A stretch of DNA of 64,000 nt from Eledone cirrhosa. Taxonomy: Eukaryota. Positions 53,680 through 64,000 of the stretch are shown one piece after another (positions within the stretch are counted from its first letter, which is position 1; each line of letters starts with the position of its first letter). The notes beneath the pieces were generated by a model that made no database searches, had not been told where the DNA came from, and saw only the letters and a program-made list of their open reading frames with translations. Where the stretch lies: assembly GCA_964016885.1 (NCBI GenBank), contig OZ024741.1, forward strand, positions 12,834,001 through 12,898,000, given 5' to 3'. The translations under genes and the position numbers were made by a program.

Positions 53680-54796
53680 GTCAGAAAACATCACAGCTCC
53701 CATGACTTTCGGAAACATTTTTTCACGCTCAGAGTTGCTGAAACATGGAACAAACTACCTGGATCAGTTTTTAGCTGTCGAGACACTGCATCCTTTAAAA
53801 TCTCCATGGAACAAACTACCTGGATCAGTTTTTAGCTGTCGAGACACTGCATCCTTTAAAACCTCCATGGAACAAACTACCTGCATCAGTTGTTAGCTGT
53901 CGAGACACTGCATCCTTTAAAACCTCCATGGAACAAATTACCTGCATCAGTTGTTAGCTGTCGAGACACTGCATCCTTTAAAACCTCCATGGAACAAACT
54001 ACCTGCATCAGTTGTTAGCTGTGGAGACACTGCATCCTTAAAAACCTCCATGGAACAAACTACCTGCATCAGTTGTTAGCTGTCGAGACAACACTGCATC
54101 CTTTAAAACCTCCATGGAACAAACTACCTGCATCAGTTGTTAACTGCTGAGACACTGCATCCTTTAACACCTCCATGGAACAAACTACCTGCATCAGTTG
54201 TTAACTGTTGAGACACTGCATCCTTTAACACCTCCATGGAATAAACTACCTGTATCAGTTGTTAGCTGTCAAGACACTGCATCCTTTAAAACCTCCATGG
54301 AACAAACTACCTACATTAGTTGTTAGCTGTCAAGACACTGCATCCTTTAAAACCTCAATGGAACAAACTACCTACATTAGTTGTTAGCTGTCAAGACAAT
54401 GCATCCTTTAAAACCTCCATGGAACAAACTACCTGCATCAGTTGTTAGCTGTCGAGACATTGCATCCTTTAAAACCTCCATGGAACAAACTACCTGCATC
54501 AGTTGTTAGCTGTCGAGACACTGCATCCTTTAAAACCTCCATGGAACAAACTACCTGCATCAGTTGTTAGCTGCCGGGACACCTCATTCTTTAAAACCTC
54601 CATGCTTTCTGAAATTCATCAACATTACACCTGATATCACCCCTCTATACACAAGCACACATGTATTTCACGACTCGTACACTGTTCAGTTTCTTTACAT
54701 TTGAACATTATTCTATGTACTATACATGCACCTTTGATGAGTTGTAGTGCACCTAAGCACTGTATATGATAATTTCATTATTATCATTATTATTAT
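53680..54796 (+). mobile_element. CR1 3' end containing 14 tandem copies of a 61-bp internal segment (53744-54600)
   Basis: Flanks match the single-copy CR1 at 35745-36282; unit catggaacaaactacctgcatcagttgttagctgtcgagacactgcatcctttaaaacctc. Confidence 0.93.
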
Positions 54797-54834
54797 AACA
54801 GACTAGTTTTAGACTGGCACTTCCATGTCAGTCT

Positions 54835-55100
54835 TGAGGCTCGTGGCCTAGTGGTAAGGATTTACGATCATAATGTCGTGGGTTGTGTATTGTGTTCTTG
54901 AGCAAGACACTTCATTTCACGTTGCTCCAGTATACTCTGCTGAAAATGAGTACCAGCAATAGCTGGGGGTTTTAAACCGGCGATGGACAGACATCCTGTC
55001 CTGAGAGCAGTCTTGTACTCACAATCGCTTCACACCACGAAAACCGGGATAAGAATCGGCCTGTTTAGACATTAGAGGTCTTTGTGGAGAAGACCCATGA
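54835..55100 (+). mobile_element. tRNA/CORE-like SINE
   Basis: Homologous to 21027-21290. Confidence 0.75.
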
Positions 55101-55354
55101 TCGAAAGCATATCGGTATTTCTTCTTTTTGTCGAAACAGTATATCTAGGGCTGCACTGGGGGGGGGGGGCTTTGATAACGTTGATAGGTTTCAACCAGTA
55201 TTGGCCCAGGCCGTGTCTAACTTAATAGCAACACCTGGATATTTGTCAGTCATTTCTATCAGGTAGAGTCATTCAGAAGAAGGTTATTGATTTTGTTTTC
55301 GTATGATTTGAGAGATTTGGCTAAAAGAGCGAGTCAGAGTGAAGTAAAGAGTCA

Positions 55355-55517
55355 TATACAGTATACATAAGATATATATATATATATATATACAGTATAC
55401 ATAAGATAGATATATATATATATATATATATATACAGTATACATAAGATAGATATACATATATACAGTATACATAAGATAGATATATATATATATATATA
55501 TATATACAGTATACATA

Positions 55518-55551
<34 letters not shown>

Positions 55552-56571
55552 TATACATAAGATAGATATACATATATACAGTATACATAAGATAGATATA
55601 TATATATACAGTATACATAAGATAGATATATATATATACAGTATACATAAGATAGATATATATATATACAGTATACATAAGATAGATATATATATATACA
55701 GTATACATAAGATAGATATATATATATACAGTATACATAAGATATATATATATATATACACTATACATAAGATAGATATATATATATACAGTATACATAA
55801 GATAGATATATATATATACAGTATACATAAGATAGATATATATATATACAGTATACATAAGATAGATATATATATATACAGTATACATAAGATATATATA
55901 TATATATATACAGTATACATAAGATAGATATATATATATACAGTATACATAAGATAGATATATATATATACAGTATACATAAGATAGATATATATATATA
56001 CAGTATACATAAGATATATATATATATATACAGTATACATAAGATAGATATATATATATACAGTATACATAAGATAGATATATATATATACAGTATACAT
56101 AAGATAGATATATATATATATACAGTATACATAAGATATATATATATATATACAGTATACATAAGATAGATATATATATATATACAGTATACATAAGATA
56201 TATATATATATATATACAGTATACATAAGATATATATATATATACAGTATACATAAGATATATATATATATATATACAGTATACATAAGATATATATATA
56301 TACAGTATACATAAGATATATATATATATACAGTATACATAAGATATATATATATATATACAGTATACATAAGATATATATATATATATATACAGTATAC
56401 ATAAGATATATATATATACAGTATACATAAGATATATATATATACAGTATACATAAGATATATATATATATATACAGTATACATAAGATATATATATATA
56501 TATACAGTATACATAAGATATATATATATACAGTATACATAAGATATATATATATATACAGTATACATAAG

Positions 56572-56614
<43 letters not shown>

Positions 56615-56625
56615 CAGTATACATA

Positions 56626-56665
<40 letters not shown>

Positions 56666-56673
56666 TATACATA

Positions 56674-56723
<50 letters not shown>

Positions 56724-56731
56724 TATACATA

Positions 56732-56767
<36 letters not shown>

Positions 56768-57242
56768 TATACATAAGATATATATATATATACAGTATAC
56801 ATAAGATATATATATATACAGTATACATAAGATATATATATATATATACAGTATACATAAGATATATATATATATATATACAGTATACATAAGATATATA
56901 TATATATATACAGTATACATAAGATATATATATATATATACAGTATACATAAGATATATATATATATACAGTATACATAAGATATATATATATATATACA
57001 GTATACATAAGATATATATATATATACAGTATACATAAGATATATATATATATATATATATACAGTATACATAAGATAGATATATATATATACAGTATGT
57101 ATAAGATATATATATATATATACAGTATGTATAAGATATATATATATATATATACAGTATACATAAGATATATATATATATATATACAGTATACATAAGA
57201 TAGATAGATATATATACAGTATGTATAAGATATATATATACA
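55355..57242. repeat. Compound minisatellite: CAGTATACATAAGA core plus variable (TA)n
   Basis: Direct reading; ends about 27 bp from the RLC splice donor. Confidence 0.97.
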
Positions 57243-57268
57243 ATATAAGAAGAGGAATCGGGACTTAC

Positions 57269-57344
57269 CGAGGGAAGAGAACATGTCCTTCAGATCTTCC
57301 ATACCAATGAAACCATCTCTATCTTGATCGATCATGGTGAAAGC
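57269..57344 (-). CDS. MRLC: Myosin RLC exon with EF-hand 1 ([26 protein letters not shown]); upstream exons not found in the window
   Basis: tgacag|...|gtaagt, 76 nt; canonical RLC divalent-cation loop. Confidence 0.97.
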
Positions 57345-57417
57345 CTGTCATAGAAACAATATCAACATATAGATCGATCATATAATATATATATGTGAAT
57401 ATAAGTATGTATATATG

Positions 57418-57475
<58 letters not shown>

Positions 57476-57493
57476 TCTTACATACATACATAC

Positions 57494-57524
<31 letters not shown>

Positions 57525-57542
57525 TCTTACATACATACATAC

Positions 57543-57573
<31 letters not shown>

Positions 57574-57591
57574 TCTTACATACATACATAC

Positions 57592-57693
<102 letters not shown>

Positions 57694-58344
57694 ATATATA
57701 TACATACACGCATGCACACCCACACACACACACACACGTCGATATCCGACATATGAGTGTCCAACAAAAGTTCAGCTCTCTGGGTGACAGTGTCTCATGT
57801 GACATTTCAATCCCGCAAAAGACCGGAGGAAATGTAAGGAAGTGAACTGATGTTGAACTACCCACACAAAGTTTTGTTTTAAGTGGTGAAGGCTTTGTAG
57901 GACCAACCACACTTTTTGGATCTGACGACACATATCCTCGGTGCAAATGTTTGCCACGGAAGATACAACAGCCCTCAGTTATTTGGATGGCCGTTGACTC
58001 TACTGAGTTCTTGTATTTCATCCCGTGGGTGTCCAAATATCACCCTCCTCACCAAGCAGGCTTGGTGGGGTTGCCGGTTTAGTCGCCGACCATGAGACAG
58101 GTTGTACTGGGTTACATGTTACCAGTAGCACTCGAGAGTATATATATACTCATATATACACTTGCGCGCACACACACACTCACTCATACACACACATATT
58201 TGAGTAGAAGGTGGGTAGACAACGAAGCAATAATGATAGTAACATAGGAAATGAGAACGATACAACAACAAACAATGCAACAAACAATAACAACAAACAA
58301 CAACAAACAACACAGTTGATCAGAAGTAATGTTTCACCCTACAG

Positions 58345-60430
58345 ATTACATATAACTACACCTATATTATCACAGAAGATGATATAATCTAGATGGTTTA
58401 ACTACATCTACATTATAACAGATGATATAATCTAGATGGTTTAACTACATCTACATTATCACAGATGATATAATCTAGATGGTTTAACTATATCTACATT
58501 ATAACAGATGATATAATCTAGATGGTTTAACTACACCTATATTATCACAGAAGATGATATAATCTAGATGGTTTAACTACATCTACATTATCACAGAAGA
58601 TGATATAATCTAGATGGTTTAACTACACCTATATTATCACAGAAGATGATATAATCTAGATGGTTTAACTACATCTACATTATCACAGATGATATAATCT
58701 AGATGGTTTAACTACATCTACATTATAACAGATGATATAATCTAGATGGTTTAACTACATCTACATTATAACAGATGATATAATCTAGATGGTTTAACTA
58801 CATCTACATTATCACAGATGATATAATCTAGATGGTTTAACTACATCTACATTATCACAGATGATATAATCTAGATGGTTTAACTACATCTACATTATCA
58901 CAGATGATATAATCTAGATGGTTTAACTACATCTACATTATCACAGATGATATAATCTAGATGGTTTAACTACATCTACATTATCACAGATGATATAATC
59001 TAGATGGTTTAACTACACCTATATTATCACAGATGATATAATCTAGATGGTTTAACTACATCTACATTATAACAGATGATATAATCTAGATGGTTTAACT
59101 ACATCTACATTATAACAGATGATATAATCTAGATGGTTTAACTACACCTATATTATCACAGATGATATAATCTAGATGGTTTAACTACATCTACATTATC
59201 ACAGATGATATAATCTAGATGGTTTAACTACATCTACATTATAACAGATGATATAATCTAGATGGTTTAACTACACCTACATTATCACAGATGATATAAT
59301 CTAGATGGTTTAACTACATCTACATTATCACAGATGATATAATCTAGATGGTTTAACTACACCTACATTATCACAGATGATATAATCTAGATGGTTTAAC
59401 TACATCTACATTATAACAGATGATATAATCTAGATGGTTTAACTACATCTACATTATCACAGATGATATAATCTAGATGGTTTAACTACACCTACATTAT
59501 CACAGATGATATAATCTAGATGGTTTAACTAAATCTACATTATAACAGATGATATAATCTAGATGGTTTAACTACATCTACATTATCACAGATGATATAA
59601 TCTAGATCGTTAAACTACATCTACATTATAACAGATGATATAATCTAGATGGTTTAACTACACCTATATTATCACAGATGATATAATCTAGATGGTTTAA
59701 CTACATCTACATTATAACAGATGATATAATCTAGATGGTTTAACTACATCTACATTATCACAGATGATATAATCTAGATGGTTTAACTACACCTATATTA
59801 TCACAGAAGATGATATAATCTAGATGGTTTAACTACATCTACATTATAACAGATGATATAATCTAGATGGTTTAACTACATCTACATTATCACAGATGAT
59901 ATAATCTAGATGGTTTAACTACATCTACATTATCACAGATGATATAATCTAGATGGTTTAACTACATCTACATTATCACAGATGATATAATCTAGATGGT
60001 TTAACTACACCTATATTATCACAGATGATATAATCTAGATGGTTTAACTACATCTACATTATAACAGATGATATAATCTAGATGGTTTAACTACATCTAC
60101 ATTATCACAGATGATATAATCTAGATGGTTTAACTACACCTACATTATCACAGATGATATAATCTAGATGGTTTAACTACATCTACATTATAACAGATGA
60201 TATAATCTAGATGGTTTAACTACACCTACATTATCACAGATGATATAATCTAGATGGTTTAACTACATCTACATTATCACAGATGATATAATCTAGATGG
60301 TTTAACTACACCTACATTATCACAGATCATATACTCTAGATGGTTTAACTACATCTACATTATCACAGATGATATAATCTAGATGGTTTAACTACATCTA
60401 CATTATAACAGATGATATAATCTAGACATC
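58345..60430. repeat. 43-bp minisatellite, about 48 copies (GATGATATAATCTAGATGGTTTAACTACATCTACATTATCACA)
   Basis: Direct reading; 46-bp GAA-insertion variants. Confidence 0.98.
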
Positions 60431-60754
60431 ATGGTATAACTACAAAACCTACATTATCGCAGATGGTAACGTATACTAGACACTATGGTTTATGTATAAC
60501 TACAAACATACATTATCACAGATGTAATAACGATTATACTACTAGAGAGATAATGTATATAATACCATGAAATGACACCCATTATATATTGGGGTATTGA
60601 GACACCAATGGAGGTTTAGTCCCCATACCCTATATATAAGGATTTATTACTGATTTATATATATATATGTATATATATATATGTATACTTTCAAAAAGTC
60701 GGCATGACTATGTCTAGTAAATGGATTGTCTTTGCCCTGCGCGCCTCCTACTTT

Positions 60755-60828
<74 letters not shown>

Positions 60829-60957
60829 GTGTGTGTGTGTGTATGTATGTATGTATATATATATATATATTTATGTATGCCTTCATATAGAGTCAACTTA
60901 TATTATTTTCTATAGTTGTGTATGAGTTCAGTTGTGTATGCCATATATTTGCCGTGT

Positions 60958-61094
<137 letters not shown>

Positions 61095-62474
61095 AAAATG
61101 TACTTGGTCAGGAGTTTGTGAGTGTGGATGAATAAAGAAAACCAAATACTGCTGAGTCATGCCAGTAGTTCTCTCTTAGAGGGGTTAACATTAGCAACAA
61201 CAACAACAAAAATACAGTAAGTAACAACGATCTATTTAGACTAGATAACAGTTCCCTGGCCATGGGCTTGCTGCCACAATTAAAGCCAACACAAGAGAAC
61301 AAAGAAGAGAGATATTATGATAGTCGGCATTGATAGCGAAAGTAGAGGCTAAGCTCTTCTAAAGAGTTGTCCCCCAACTCAAGCAAAAGCAGACGTTATG
61401 CTAACCTCACCTATGTATCTCTTTGAAAGTTTAAATATAACAAGGAGAAGATTCTTTAGTTCTAAATATAACAAGGAAGGGATACATTAGATGCCGAATT
61501 CGACCCCACAGGGTCGCATTTTGGGCATGTGGCATTTACTATAGCCTTAGGTTGACCCTTACATTGTGAGTAAAACTGGGTAGACGGAAACTGTTCGGAG
61601 ACTTTCGGATGGACTATACCTGTAATTCCCTCGGCTATACTCAGTAAAGTTGAATCTTCTTGGGAATTACTTTAAATGCCTCTTTATTCACTAAAACAGG
61701 GATTATCCTTGCAGGCCCAATGATATTAATTTCAAGAGCAGGCTATTCCGTTCATCGAGTAACTGGAAGACTCTTCGTCGAAACCAACGGACGTCCATCG
61801 ATTCAGGCAACGTGATGTGGTCGACACCATCCTGTGATATTAGTCTTGGACGTGCTTTAAACTACCAGTTGAGCCAGCTCATTTAAGTTATGTATAAACC
61901 CAATGTTAGTTATTGATTAATAATCTAAAGTAGGTGGCTCGTTCATTAATCCTAAGAAGGATTTTGGGACACTGTCATAGCCAGATGCCCTCTGCTCACA
62001 ATGTTGCAAGTCTTTGTTAGAGAGTAGCACAGGTAACAGGTTCAATCTTTGAAAGACCCCTTATGTTATTCAATAAAGGACTCATCAGAGAAATATATGT
62101 ATTAAGGAAATATCGTCCCTATTGAATAGCAAGTCGGTTGGATCGAACTACAGAAATAATATTAGTGTTACTGATCTCCTCGACGAGCAGACTCAGCCCA
62201 CTGTGGAGTAGATAATAGGGGCAGAAGTAAGACAAAGTTAAACCCAGTGGGATTTCAATTAAAACTACTGGGATGAAGCTAAATAAAATAAAGTATTTAA
62301 TGTGACATTCTATATGAAGACTCATTAACTCCTTAATTATATTTTCTGGCTCTTTACAGTAGGGAATTGTGTAGCAATTTATAAAGGGGTGGACCAGATG
62401 TACCGACTGGCTCTCCCTCACATAGGCCCCGATATGGGTAGCTTATACGTCACAGGTATCATATATGACGTCGG

Positions 62475-62690
62475 TGCTTGTCTGCCGTGGATAATTTATC
62501 TGGTGTGGCTAACTTATCTGGTGCGGGTAGCTTATCTGTCGGGGATACATGATCTGGTGTGGGTAACTTAACTTGTGTGGATACCTTATCTGGTGCTGGT
62601 AACTTGTCTGCCGTGGGTACTTTATCTGGCGGGAGTAACCTATCTGCCGTGGGTACTTTATCTACCAAGGGTAGCTTATCCGGAGTGGGT
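62475..62690. repeat. Degenerate 18-bp repeat (ttatctggtgtgggtaac-like), about 12 copies
   Basis: Direct reading; translates as PDKLPT-like hexapeptides on the minus strand. Confidence 0.75.
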
Positions 62691-62864
62691 GTGTATCCCA
62701 TGTGAGTAATTATTGGAATAGTTAGAGAATTGGTTATAAAAATATATTTTAAAAAGAAACTCGTTGCTTCAAATGGAAATGGGAGAATATCAGTGCAAAA
62801 ATGGAAATTATGCGGTGCAATTGAAACCAAACAGATGAGGTTATGGGACACTAATATTGGGCTT

Positions 62865-62914
<50 letters not shown>

Positions 62915-63160
62915 GATAGTGAGTAAAATCGAAGTTGTAGCTAATGCAGCATCTCCCGAAAGAACAATTCTCAGAGCTGACACAAGAACTCGATAAGACG
63001 ATATCGATAAATCGATAAATTAAATCTTAGAGTAATAAACATTCGTTAAATGTGTGACAAACTGAAAACTGTGGCTAGGTAAAAGAATGCCACAACTGCC
63101 ACTACAACAACGAAAATACAAACAGGTTAATATATATACATAGATGTATATACATAGATG

Positions 63161-63221
<61 letters not shown>

Positions 63222-63574
63222 GTATGTATATATGCATGTACAAATGTATGTGTGTATATATGTATGTGTGTGCATGTGTGCAAGGCAAAAGCCAGTGATA
63301 AACATGAACATTGAAGCAAAGTGTGCAAAACATTAGATTTATGTAAACTTCAATAATGTTCTTCACAGTAAATTCTATTTGTAAGTCAATATATTACACT
63401 CTGTTCTACTATTCCAAAGTTATATACTATACTATACTATACTATACTATACTATGTCATACTATAATTACTCTAACGTAATACACTGTTTATAAACCAC
63501 TTATAACCCCATAATTATCAGTTCCAATATCTCACCGTAATTGGAATATAAAAAAAGGGCAACATACTCTAGAC

Positions 63575-64000
63575 CAGGCATGGGTAACAGTTTTCGTGCT
63601 GTGGACCACATAGGATGTGACTCATCATAAGGTGGACCACATAGGATGTGACTCATCATAAGGTGGACCACATAGGATGTGACATATCATAAGGTGGACC
63701 ACATAGGATGTGACATATCATAAGGTGGACCACATAGGATGTGGCTCATCATAAGGTGGACCACATAGGATGTGACTCATCATAAGGTGGGCCACATAGG
63801 ATGTGACTCATCATAAGGTGGGCCACATAGGATGTGACTCATCATAAAGTGGACCACATAGGGTGTGGTTCATCATAAGGTGGACCACATAGGGTGTGGT
63901 TCATCATAAGGTGGACCACATAGGGTGTGGTTCATCATAAGGTGGACCACATAGGATGTGGTTCATCATAAGGTGGACCACATAGGATGTGACTCATCAT
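63575..64000 (+). mobile_element. hAT (Charlie/Buster-like) MITE end followed by a 31-bp tandem array (63601 to window end, about 13 copies)
   Basis: Target-like ctctagac then CAGGCATGGGTAAC; unit gtggaccacataggatgtgactcatcataag. Confidence 0.7.

Noticed and set aside
55355-57242. CRISPR-like pattern of constant repeat plus variable spacer
   Set aside because: The spacers are only (TA)n, the context is a eukaryotic intron, and no cas genes are present.
55321-57335. 500-640 aa Ile/Tyr-rich ORFs, one starting with an EF-hand
   Set aside because: Translations of TA repeats. Only 57269-57344 is a real exon, and it is closed by a GTAAGT donor.
62459-62983. ORF with PDKLPT-like hexapeptide repeats
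   Set aside because: It runs through a (TA)n tract, has no clear splice context or homology, and is treated as a degenerate 18-bp repeat.

Overview
Eukaryotic, repeat-rich genomic DNA, very probably a coleoid cephalopod (octopus-like), judged from a squid-type muscle myosin regulatory light chain and the SINE/RTE/R4 repertoire. Two spliced genes converge, both with their 5' exons not found here. A CCDC125 orthologue lies on the + strand (6 exons, 21509-30755) and a muscle myosin regulatory light chain on the - strand (5 exons, 57344-46849). Bases 1-17120 are a 48-bp satellite (about 356 monomers, with higher-order repeats). Its monomer is the short repeat found in the 3'UTR of the RTE LINEs in this window, and the array still ends in an RTE-type stem-loop and (GAT)n tail. 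The window holds a series of about 1.5, 2, 4 and >350 copies of this unit. Three more tandem arrays were also expanded from inside transposons (RTE ORF 58 bp, CR1 61 bp, hAT MITE 31 bp). One intron holds two long palindromes with a minimal type I hammerhead ribozyme motif in each arm, of the kind seen in Penelope-like elements. The RTE ORFs carry a C4HC3 PHD-like finger just after the RT core. All calls are by eye; no database search or folding was run.
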